Shown here: positions 19,569 to 27,310 of the stretch, piece by piece
Position numbering within the stretch: the first letter of the stretch is position 1
How the letters are laid out: each line of letters begins with the position of its first letter
Assembly: GCA_963739335.1 (NCBI GenBank)
Contig: CAVUAC010000051.1
Location: 99,500 to 139,499 of the forward strand
Source: an uncultured Bacteroidota bacterium
Lineage (GTDB): Bacteria > Bacteroidota > Ignavibacteria > UBA10030
Length of the DNA stretch: 40,000 nt
Direction: 5' to 3'
Notes under the pieces: generated by a model
Seen by the model: the letters and a program-made list of their open reading frames with translations, nothing else
What the model was told of the DNA's origin: nothing
Database searches by the model: none
Program-made: the position numbers and the translations under genes

Positions 19569-19643
19569 TCGGGGTGACAGGATTCGAACCTGCGACCCCC
19601 TGCGCCCAAGGCAGGTGCGCTAACCGGACTGCGCTACACCCCG
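19569..19643 (-). tRNA. tRNA-Pro (anticodon UGG), 75 nt, CCA not encoded
   Basis: The minus strand reads CGGGGTG TA GCGC AGTCCGGTTA GCGC A CCTGC CTTGGGC GCAGG GGGTC GCAGG TTCGAAT CCTGT CACCCCG A. It folds as a full cloverleaf, the anticodon loop CT-TGG-GC gives Pro, and the T-loop is TTCGAAT. Confidence 0.92.
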
Positions 19644-19645
19644 AA
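19601..19645. repeat. attL: copy 1 of a perfect 45-bp direct repeat (tRNA-Pro positions 1-43 plus 2 upstream nt)
   Basis: TGCGCCCAAGGCAGGTGCGCTAACCGGACTGCGCTACACCCCGAA is identical to 27266..27310. The bases on both sides differ (C/T before, G/A after). Confidence 0.9.
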
Positions 19646-20044
19646 GAAAATCAAAGGTTTTTTGACAGTTTTTCTTCCCTCAACGTTATGAAATTGCTAT
19701 TTGTCATTAGCAATTTTATTAGCACCTCATAACGTCAAGAACGCTGAAATGGAACTGCTTGTTTTTTGTTTTTTGCAGAAATTTGACAACGAGAATTCTT
19801 GCTACTTCTGTAAGTTACAGAAAAAGACTCCTCATATCAAGGGGCATTTTCCTGTAAGTTCTACACGCATGAGAAAAGGAATCACCATTTCTTTAACTCC
19901 TTGTCGTCACGAAGGCTTCGAGCAAGCCCATCGTATGCCAAGCGAATAGGGGTTGTGTACCACTATTCTGCTGTCTAACTTATAGCCAGATTCTTGATTG
20001 AGTCTGGCTTTCTTGTGGTCAGAACAGCGTGTGTTACGACTGGT

Positions 20045-20593
20045 ATGAAATCAGAAATGGATTCTGAGTTCGAGGAATCATTGCATGAATTGCTTGGTCA
20101 GACCCCATCCGCCTGGGTAGAGCAAGCCGAGTGTCTTAGGATATCAGCAAAACTACACTGGACTAAGTTGATGGAGCTTGAGACTCTGTCGCCAACACTC
20201 CCGGGAGTTCGTGTACAAACGCTGGCTTGCATAGATTCGTATATGTTACTGACGGGTTTATCGTTTGAGGTACTCATTAAGGGAGTTCACATTTCAAAAA
20301 CGCCTAATCTGTCCGTTGAGCAACGATTCAATGAATGGGACAAATATCGTGGCGGGCATGGCATATCAACACTGATAGACTTAGTTGACTCAATTTCTCT
20401 TGAAGAAAAGGAGATGCTCAAACGACTAGAAGAATTTACCCAATGGGCAGGCAGATATCCTATACCAAAGAGAGTGCATACATACTGCAACAGTAAGGAA
20501 AAGCATTTACTTTCAGTCAATACTCGGGACCCAATTTTATGTGACGCTCTTTTCAAGCGATTATCGGCCATGATAAAGACCACGAACCAATAA
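20045..20593 (+). CDS. hypothetical all-alpha protein, possibly HEPN-fold-like (island cargo gene 1)
   Basis: The ORF 19994..20593 is shortened to the first ATG at 20045, because a hairpin at 19984..20009 overlaps the TTG start. Motif layout LLTGLSFEVLIKGV ... YRGGHGISTLIDLV ... FTQWAGRYPIP resembles HEPN-type four-helix proteins. No canonical Rx4-6H is seen. Confidence 0.45.
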   Translation: MKSEMDSEFEESLHELLGQTPSAWVEQAECLRISAKLHWTKLMELETLSPTLPGVRVQTLACIDSYMLLTGLSFEVLIKGVHISKTPNLSVEQRFNEWDKYRGGHGISTLIDLVDSISLEEKEMLKRLEEFTQWAGRYPIPKRVHTYCNSKEKHLLSVNTRDPILCDALFKRLSAMIKTTNQ

Positions 20594-20645
20594 TGTCTGC
20601 CGCCGACTTAGGCTTTCAATTGGCTGACTTACAAGGAAGATTCCA

Positions 20646-21452
20646 ATGCCTGACGAGAACAAGAAATCATTCATAAATATCAGTTCCAATGTGCTATTCC
20701 ATTTCACCGGGAGTCTTGACAATCTGAAAAATATATTACGCAATGATTTTTCTCCCCGCTACTGTCCAGAATACGACCCACAAGAGTCAACGGTCGCCCA
20801 CTTGGAGAAGGGAGCACCAAAGTTCGCGAGACCTATGGTATGTTTCTGCGACCTACCATTGTTCCTTATCAAGAATCATCTGATTCGCTATGGACCTTAC
20901 GGAATAGGATTGAAGAAAGAATGGGGTATGAAGAAAGGCATTACTCCAGTGCTGTACGTTCATGTTTGGTCTGAAACCCTAAGACCTCTCCAATGGATAC
21001 GTTCTCTAATACCATGGCAACAAGGTGGACCCAATGCCGAGATAGAGGACATCCAAGGCAATGCAGAAAGTGCTGCCAACTGGATAATGTCCTACGCAAA
21101 ACCATATGAAGGTCCTGCATGGAGAAATGATGTGTATGAAGAACAGGTAAGATTCTATGATGAGCGAGAATGGAGATATACACCAGGTTATTCGCTGCGA
21201 GGTTTTGACTTGCCCCGTTGGATTCCGTACACCGCCAAGAAAGACTTGAGCGGCGCGAACTCGGACATGGAAAGTGAATGCAAGTTGAGTTTTACACCAG
21301 GCGACATTCAATATATCATCTTGAAAGAAGAGGATGAAATTGTGCCCTTTATTCCCATCCTCGCGGACATCAAAGAGAAATTCGGACCAGATGAGGTTAG
21401 CAAGGTCACGACAAAGATTATCACAGAAGACCGAATACGGGAAGATATGTAG
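20646..21452 (+). CDS. AbiGi-like protein (putative abortive-infection component; island cargo gene 2)
   Basis: The N-terminus ISSNVLFHFTGSLDNLKNILRNDFSPRYCPEY matches my recollection of the AbiGi family (Pfam PF10899) signature LFHFT...L..IL..GF.PRYC. The SD-like AAGGAAG lies 6 nt upstream. Needs HMM confirmation. Confidence 0.45.
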   Translation: MPDENKKSFINISSNVLFHFTGSLDNLKNILRNDFSPRYCPEYDPQESTVAHLEKGAPKFARPMVCFCDLPLFLIKNHLIRYGPYGIGLKKEWGMKKGITPVLYVHVWSETLRPLQWIRSLIPWQQGGPNAEIEDIQGNAESAANWIMSYAKPYEGPAWRNDVYEEQVRFYDEREWRYTPGYSLRGFDLPRWIPYTAKKDLSGANSDMESECKLSFTPGDIQYIILKEEDEIVPFIPILADIKEKFGPDEVSKVTTKIITEDRIREDM

Positions 21453-21472
21453 TCAACTCAGAGATAAAGTAG

Positions 21473-22084
21473 ATGAACTCCCCGAGTGCAGGCATCTTCA
21501 TTTTTATACTCTACATTATTCTTGTTTGGAGCGGCGTCAAAGCCATCCGTGCCGGGCTCAGACAATTAAACAATCCTAAAGCCGGCTCCCCTACGTCTGA
21601 TTCCACCCTTCAAACGATTTGGTTCAAGTGGTACGGACCGGCTGGACTGATATACGGTGCAATCGCCATCATCAGTGTCATCTTCATGGCGAAATCCGAC
21701 TTTTCTACAGAATACCCTAACATGGTCGTAGGTCTTCAATCAAGAATTAAAGACCTCGAAGAAGAGAACGCATATTTCAGAGCCGTTGTCAAAGATAGCT
21801 CCAAGTATTCACGCTACACTTTCACTGCGGATATTTACCGCGGGTCAACTCCGTTGTTTGGTGGGACAGTCCTATTGACCTATGATGGAGAACATTTCAT
21901 TTTCAAGGGCGTAAAAGGAGTGTCTCGCGACAGAACAGGTCCATTTTATCTTGATACAATTGATTATAAGGACGGCGACAAGTTCTACCTGAAATTGGAT
22001 TCTGACCAGGTCTGGGGAGTCAATGTGTATACTGGATATACTAACAACATTACTCACCTCTTTCTTCAGTTTTACAGGACTTGA
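21473..22084 (+). CDS. membrane protein: two N-terminal TM helices, short coiled coil, beta-rich C-terminal domain (island cargo gene 3)
   Basis: TM1 GIFIFILYIILVWSGV, TM2 GPAGLIYGAIAIISVIFMA, then LQSRIKDLEEENAYFRAVV and a Tyr/Gly-rich domain. Starts 20 nt after gene 2. No family recognised. Confidence 0.55.
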   Translation: MNSPSAGIFIFILYIILVWSGVKAIRAGLRQLNNPKAGSPTSDSTLQTIWFKWYGPAGLIYGAIAIISVIFMAKSDFSTEYPNMVVGLQSRIKDLEEENAYFRAVVKDSSKYSRYTFTADIYRGSTPLFGGTVLLTYDGEHFIFKGVKGVSRDRTGPFYLDTIDYKDGDKFYLKLDSDQVWGVNVYTGYTNNITHLFLQFYRT

Positions 22085-22273
22085 ACCACGGCTTAACCAT
22101 CTACTGGAAAACATTTAGGTACACCCATGTATTTTGACACGGAGAAGTTGAAAGGAATTCTCCCATATGTTGGACCAATTCTCGTACTGTTAGGTTATCT
22201 GAGGCTGGAAATTGATTGTGATTTTTTATGCGGTTAAACAAAATCGTTACAAATTGTCTTATGGGAGATTATT

Positions 22274-22597
22274 ATGAGAATCCTACCTGTTGGATACCTT
22301 ATTCGCGTATCTTCAAAAGAGGGTCACAGTTTTCTTTTGTGCGTAGCGCACGCACTGGATACAGAGGGCAAATTCTTGGTGGCTGATTTTGCTGAATTTA
22401 TTACAACTTATCCAAGTCGGGGTTTCAATATACCTGCTGGTCGGTCCTTCACTTTTCAAGAGGAATTACAGACTAGTGCAAGAACAAGTTGTTTGATACC
22501 TGTGGACAATGAGAACTTATATGCTTGGATTACCGACAAAATGAAAGAAACCTACGGAAAAGATTTGAAGGTAGAGGTAGAACAGATAAAAGAATGA
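22274..22597 (+). CDS. hypothetical protein (island cargo gene 4)
   Basis: 107-aa ORF with GGGAG 6 nt upstream of the ATG, in the same orientation as the cargo genes. No motif recognised. Confidence 0.45.
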   Translation: MRILPVGYLIRVSSKEGHSFLLCVAHALDTEGKFLVADFAEFITTYPSRGFNIPAGRSFTFQEELQTSARTSCLIPVDNENLYAWITDKMKETYGKDLKVEVEQIKE

Positions 22598-23013
22598 ATT
22601 AGGCGTTAGTCAACACCGTGTTCCTCATCGGAAATTCATAACTCAAAAAAATCCCTCACCGGATACCGGCTGCGATATAGCTACACCCCTTCCCGCTCTA
22701 TTCTGACAGGCGATGTACCGGTGCCCAATGTCGCTCTCTCCTCTGTTCCATGACCCAGGCACATCTTGACTGTTCATGAATCACTGATTAAAACCACTCT
22801 GTTGCGGCGCAATCACGCAACCCCTAGAGTTTACTGAGCGGCCTTTCTAGGTGTGCCCGGCATTTCTGTCGAGTTCAACAAAACTGGCTCGCGCCAATTC
22901 CAGGTTTTTTCGATGACAAAAACCTCAACTTTCACATGTGCAGTTAGTATACCCAGTTTGCAGATTCACCTGCCAAAGGGCTTGCCCTTAAGGAAGATTG
23001 CTGAGGTCCATTT

Positions 23014-23271
23014 CTACTTGAGGTTCTCTAACTCTGCCTCAAGGATTGTCAGCCCATAAGCAACCGGGTCAACAATTTCTGACCCGGTTGCGATGCTGTC
23101 GAGAACTGCGGCAAAGACATTCGCTCTCTTCCATACTCCATAAAGGATTGCCTGAGTCTTCTCTGAAGCTCTTCCTTTTCTGTAGGCGTTTTCAATTCCT
23201 CTGTCCTTAAGGAAATAGCTTATATAGAATGGGTTTTTTGGCTCCCAGCTAAGAATACGGAGTACAATCAT
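23014..23271 (-). CDS. hypothetical protein (island backbone)
   Basis: ORF 23014..23331. The first 20 codons (MDLRMDLKMVVRMDLRMVVR) are just the translation of the 12-bp repeat array, so the start is moved to M21 (23271). No family recognised. Confidence 0.4.
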   Translation of the reverse strand: MIVLRILSWEPKNPFYISYFLKDRGIENAYRKGRASEKTQAILYGVWKRANVFAAVLDSIATGSEIVDPVAYGLTILEAELENLK

Positions 23272-23545
23272 TCTTACGACCATTCTCAAATCCATTCTTA
23301 CGACCATTTTCAAATCCATTCTTAAATCCATTCAATTCATTTTCTCTATTCTTTTACATTTTCAACATTCATTAACATTGATAACATCATTGTTTGTCAC
23401 CAAACTGGTCACCATTTGTTCACCAACTTGTTCAATACTTGGTCACCAAGTTGTTCATTATGGAGTCAGTTGTCATCACCATTCTCATCACCATTCTGTT
23501 CACCACTCTGTTTACCACTCTGTTTACCGTTCTGTTTGTGGATTG
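23268..23545. repeat. 12-bp-phased direct-repeat array in three blocks with an AT-rich spacer (iteron-like, candidate origin/operator region)
   Basis: Block 23268..23339 has six 12-mers (TCATTCTTACGA CCATTCTCAAAT CCATTCTTACGA CCATTTTCAAAT CCATTCTTAAAT CCATTCAATTCA). Block 23396..23453 has ~five units with core GTCACCA. Block 23474..23533 has five 12-mers (CATCACCATTCT x2, GTTCACCACTCT, GTTTACCACTCT, GTTTACCGTTCT). An AT-rich stretch lies at 23340..23395. Confidence 0.8.
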
Positions 23546-23870
23546 TTTGATACCATTCCCAGTTCTTTATGGAAATCACCGTGGTTACATTAGTGGTTCT
23601 GAACTCCACCATTTCATGTTCTTTAAGCCATTCCAGGAAAACCCGCACGGTCTTGAAGTTCCACTGCCATCTTTCGGCTAGAGTCTGTTGAGAGTAACAT
23701 AGGTCTCCCGGTTTGAGGTCGATTCCTATTCCCCTCCTAATGAAGACAGTGTGTCTCTTGTGTGAGGCGCAAAGCAACAGGTCTATCCAGGCCTGACACC
23801 TTGTAAATGGCTCGCTAAAATATAGTTCGTTTTCTGTGATTTGTCGGTGAAGCATTATCCATCCTCGCAT
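23466..23870 (-). CDS. replication-organizer / DnaD-like winged-helix protein (island backbone)
   Basis: MRGWIMLHRQITENELYFSEPFTRCQAWIDLLLCASHKRHTVFIRRGIGIDLKPGDLCYSQQTLAERWQWNFKTVRVFLEWLKEHEMV follows a pattern seen in phage/element replication-organizer N-terminal domains: W-I-x-L-H/Y-R-K-I ... AWIDLLL.A ... G ... S...LA..W.W....V..FL..L. The start at 23870 has AAGGAG 5 nt upstream; the ORF track starts at 23942. Confidence 0.55.
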   Translation of the reverse strand: MRGWIMLHRQITENELYFSEPFTRCQAWIDLLLCASHKRHTVFIRRGIGIDLKPGDLCYSQQTLAERWQWNFKTVRVFLEWLKEHEMVEFRTTNVTTVISIKNWEWYQTIHKQNGKQSGKQSGEQNGDENGDDN

Positions 23871-24048
23871 ATTGACTCCTTTTCTTTGGATGCCATTTTC
23901 ATTGTTTCCATCATCTAGGTCTGTTTTTGTTTCAATGGTCAAGTGGCAATGGTCACTTCAGTTGAATTTGTTCAACCACGAGGTCGCACGGTGCAGAGAA
24001 CATAATTCAAATGTGCTGGTTGAACTGTTATTGGTGATTATGAGTCGT

Positions 24049-24483
24049 TCAAGAGTGCGCCATGTGTCTATTTTGCTTTTTCCTTTCTTGTTCCTCAATC
24101 ATTTGCCTAATAGGTGATTTGTCACTCTGCCGTTTTTGCGATTTCTTCCATTCGTCAACTTTGTCCATTCCAAAATCTGACAACCGAAGGTGAAGTTGTT
24201 CGTCCCAACCGAACTCTTGAACTGTAAAACAGTGGGCAATGAAGAATTCCCGACTTCTTTCAAAAATTCTTCCGTCTGAAATACAAAGACGCAATTTGTT
24301 GAAATGTAATTCTTCAATTAACTCCTTCGCAAAACCAGCGGAATTGTACTTTTCAAATATGTTGGCAGCACTCTTCCATATTTCAAGGATGCCGTCTTTC
24401 AGTGTGCCAATCCTGCACCATTCGGCTCCATCTCGTGCTTCGTTACGGAAGAACACCGCACCATCTTTTGCTTTCCGAACCAT
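24049..24483 (-). CDS. hypothetical protein (island backbone)
   Basis: 144-aa ORF with a strong SD (AAGGAGG, 4 nt before the ATG at 24483) and a Lys/Glu-rich C-terminus. No family recognised. Confidence 0.55.
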   Translation of the reverse strand: MVRKAKDGAVFFRNEARDGAEWCRIGTLKDGILEIWKSAANIFEKYNSAGFAKELIEELHFNKLRLCISDGRIFERSREFFIAHCFTVQEFGWDEQLHLRLSDFGMDKVDEWKKSQKRQSDKSPIRQMIEEQERKKQNRHMAHS

Positions 24484-24515
24484 AGGACCTCCTTATTAAG
24501 AAAGAAATAGTTCCA

Positions 24516-24538
24516 TTGGTGCTGGTTAACAGCACCAA
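24516..24538. promoter_or_regulatory. 9-5-9 perfect inverted repeat TTGGTGCTG-GTTAA-CAGCACCAA; candidate operator upstream of 24483 gene
   Basis: Perfect palindrome 33-55 nt upstream of the ATG at 24483. Its arms share the TTGGTG core with the reverse complement of the GTCACCAA repeat units. Confidence 0.45.
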
Positions 24539-25313
24539 GTGGTGAGAGGATGACGCTCTAGCTAATCGTTTTAGTTACTGGGACTGCTCAGTGGAAACTT
24601 CTGCGGGACTATGCAACGCTTGCTTGTTGCTTGCAGGCGACTACATGCGAGGCAAGGGGATTCTTAACTGTTGTGCTGCTAAGAATCTTTAAGTTTTGTA
24701 AATCTGCAGGTTTGCCAAGAAGTCTTTTGTCACGAAAATCCGGCCATTCTTGGCACTAACAGCCGGAGTACAACTCAGTAGGTTTCTTTTCCTCGAGTTT
24801 AATGATTTTGAATTGCTCTCATAATATACGGCGCCCCAATGTAGAATCAAGAGAAAAAATTACAAAATGCGCGAGAGCTGTACCTTTCTTGTGCTTCTCT
24901 ACAATCCAAGCTCAGTCACACGACTTCGCAGCCGGCCATTCTCACATCGGTTTCATCTCAGCTACTTCAATGACATCCGTCTCCGCGCCAGAAATTTCCG
25001 ACAACGGAATAGCCTTTTCATCTGCTAGGATTATGGCCTCAACTTCAGAGATAGCCGGGACAAGAAGAGTATAGTTGGCCTCCATCTTCATCGTCACCCG
25101 GTAGAGTTTCAGTGAGGGCTGGCCAATCGGAGTATCCTTTCAGCCTGTTTTCAGACCTCACCGTGAGAACTTCCGGTACAACGGTAACTGGAATGACCAC
25201 AAGGAGTCAAATCGTCGCCAGAAAAATCAGCGTAGGAGCTTCAAGAGGAAAGGGGTAGTAAAAACAAAAGGCGGTATTTGAAAAACCAGTGACCGGATAA
25301 TATGTGGAATTGA

Positions 25314-26060
25314 TTACTTGCTCTCGACACGAGGCAAAAACTTGGACACATCTAAGACTTTTGAGAGTTTCTTTAACGTGTTAAGACTGGGATAGGTTAA
25401 ACCCCATCTGACATAATACATAGAAGTCGCGCCAGTTCTCTTTTCAAGTTCTGCTCTTGAGATTGATAGTTTCTTCATTTGGTCCCGAATATGATTTGCC
25501 ATCTCCCAATTTCTTAGCGGCATTGACAAAGGTCGTCTCGTGTACCAAGTTCGGATTCTAGAAGGAGGTGGCTCTTTTTCTGGTGGAATCAAATGATACA
25601 TCTCTAGAGCATCTGCGATTATTTTTAATCGTTCAGGTTTCGGATAGAAATATCCTTTGCAATACGCGTAGATGTTCGTTCGGTTTATACCAGTTTTTCG
25701 TGACAATTCCGGTACCGACATATGTAACTTTTCCAATCTGGCGATTAGAGTACCAGCAAAATGTTTATATCGTGGTGTTCTTGCTCTATCTCTCATCAAC
25801 TTCTTCTGATATTGTGCCGCTGTTTCAACCCCTTTCCTGTGGGCTAACTTCTCAAGGTATTGCTCTTGCGTGAAATTGCCTTTTGACTCTCTCCAATGGC
25901 ACACATAATCGTAATATGATTTGAATCCGAGTTTCTTAGCAATTTTGTTCAGATGCTCTGAGTATTTCTCGCCATGCCTCTTACGAAGAACGGCTTGGTA
26001 ATGGTCTCTATTACCAATCTGAATTATGTCTCTCAGATTGAGTCGCTTCTCGCTTTTCAT
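25314..26060 (-). CDS. DNA-binding protein with two XRE-type helix-turn-helix domains (island regulator)
   Basis: Two HTH-like segments are present: MSVPELSRKTGINRTNIYAYCKGYFYPKPERLKIIADAL and LSISRAELEKRTGATSMYYVRWGLTYPSLNTLKKLSKVL. Confidence 0.65.
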   Translation of the reverse strand: MKSEKRLNLRDIIQIGNRDHYQAVLRKRHGEKYSEHLNKIAKKLGFKSYYDYVCHWRESKGNFTQEQYLEKLAHRKGVETAAQYQKKLMRDRARTPRYKHFAGTLIARLEKLHMSVPELSRKTGINRTNIYAYCKGYFYPKPERLKIIADALEMYHLIPPEKEPPPSRIRTWYTRRPLSMPLRNWEMANHIRDQMKKLSISRAELEKRTGATSMYYVRWGLTYPSLNTLKKLSKVLDVSKFLPRVESK

Positions 26061-26149
26061 AGTTGCCTTCCTAGACCAACTATAGAAAGAAATAAAGAGA
26101 TATTCAATTACTCCGACGAACGAGAAAAGAAAGTCCCACTCGCCACTTC

Positions 26150-27181
26150 TCAGTTCAATGCAAAAGCAATCCTGTTTACAGCACTGTGCAGTTGACTGCC
26201 CACAAGGTGCGAGTAGATTTGAGTGACCACTACACTCGAATGCCCAAGCAGCTTTTGAACCTCATAGATACTGACTCCATCCTGCACTAGCCAGGTCGCA
26301 AATGTGTGCCTGAGACAGTGGAAATGCAACCGGCCATTCAGTCCCGAAAGGCGTATGTATTTCTTGAACTTATGCGTGACGAATCCGGGCAACAATTGTC
26401 TACCGGCCAGCGCAAAGACATAGTCAGATGCCCCGGCAGTGCAAGATTTCGCTGTCAGCAATTGAATTGCCACATCGTTTAATGGAACCGTCCTTTTCTT
26501 TCCACATTTTACTCTGAATGTCGGGCTGCTATGTATGTGTACCAACCTGCGAGCTAGGTCCACATCTTGCCATCGTAGGTTGATAACCTCAGCCCTCCGC
26601 ATTCCAGTCACAACCGCAAAGACAATAAGCCCCTTGAACCATTCTTCCTTTATGAGGCTGAGAAATTTCTGAAAGTCATCCTTCGTGAAATATGTTGGTT
26701 CGGCTTCCGGCACTCTAACGAGCTGTACCTTGCTAAAGGGATTGCTCTCAACCAGTCTCCATCGCAACGCAACAAAACAAATTGAGCGAAGAGCCCTCAG
26801 TTCAACATTAACGCTCACAGGCGAAACCTCTTTCAACCGCTCCGTCTTGTATTGGTCGACATGCCAAGGTGTAATTTCAACGAGAGTGCAGTTCCCGGTC
26901 ACTTTTTGAAGGTTTCTCAGAGCAACCCGAAACATGTCGACTGTTGCCTTGGCATAGTTCACGCCCGCATAACTGAGAAACTCCTCAGTAAAGACTTGGA
27001 GGGTTTTTACTTTTGGCTTGCTACTAAGGAGGGTTTTGAAATCTGTTAGCTGCTTTAGTGCATCGCTCTTTAATGAACATCCGGTAGACTTCCATCTTTG
27101 TCTACCCTCATCATTGTAGATGATGTACCAGAAACCGTTTGAACGTTTGAAAAGGGAAAGTGAAAGGTGGGATGTGGTCAT
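26150..27181 (-). CDS. int: tyrosine-type site-specific recombinase (phage integrase family)
   Basis: N-terminal SAM-like core-binding domain. Catalytic residues are in TGMRRAEVINLRWQDV (Arg), HCLRHTFATWLV (HxxR) and LLGHSSVVVTQIYSH (His...Tyr). It sits adjacent to attR. Confidence 0.92.
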   Translation of the reverse strand: MTTSHLSLSLFKRSNGFWYIIYNDEGRQRWKSTGCSLKSDALKQLTDFKTLLSSKPKVKTLQVFTEEFLSYAGVNYAKATVDMFRVALRNLQKVTGNCTLVEITPWHVDQYKTERLKEVSPVSVNVELRALRSICFVALRWRLVESNPFSKVQLVRVPEAEPTYFTKDDFQKFLSLIKEEWFKGLIVFAVVTGMRRAEVINLRWQDVDLARRLVHIHSSPTFRVKCGKKRTVPLNDVAIQLLTAKSCTAGASDYVFALAGRQLLPGFVTHKFKKYIRLSGLNGRLHFHCLRHTFATWLVQDGVSIYEVQKLLGHSSVVVTQIYSHLVGSQLHSAVNRIAFALN

Positions 27182-27265
27182 TGCTAAACCTCCTTATGGT
27201 TTAGCAATTCCATTAGCACTAGAAGAAAAACGTCAAGATTCCGGGCAACGAATCACGGCAAACGT

Positions 27266-27310
27266 TGCGCCCAAGGCAGGTGCGCTAACCGGACTGCGCT
27301 ACACCCCGAA
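27266..27310. repeat. attR: copy 2 of the 45-bp direct repeat (orphan 5' fragment of tRNA-Pro)
   Basis: Identical 45-mer. It has no tRNA 3' half after it and lies 84 nt upstream of the integrase start on the same (minus) strand. Confidence 0.9.

Larger units (their letters stand above)
19646..27265. mobile_element. integrated genomic island / integrative element (~7.6 kb between the att repeats)
   Basis: Bounded by the 45-bp repeat. It contains a tyrosine integrase, an HTH regulator, a replication-organizer-like gene with an iteron-like array, and an oppositely oriented cargo cassette. Confidence 0.8.

Noticed and set aside
19118-19577. Small ORFs (19118..19366, 19308..19577, 19162..19377) in the region next to tRNA-Pro
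   Set aside because: They have no RBS or motif support and are Arg/Ser-rich. They run through GC-rich palindromes and into the tRNA gene, so the region is treated as non-coding and structured.
23268-23545. Possible CRISPR array
   Set aside because: The units are only 12 bp, are contiguous without unique spacers, and partly lie inside coding sequence. This is tandem/iteron-like repetition, not CRISPR architecture.
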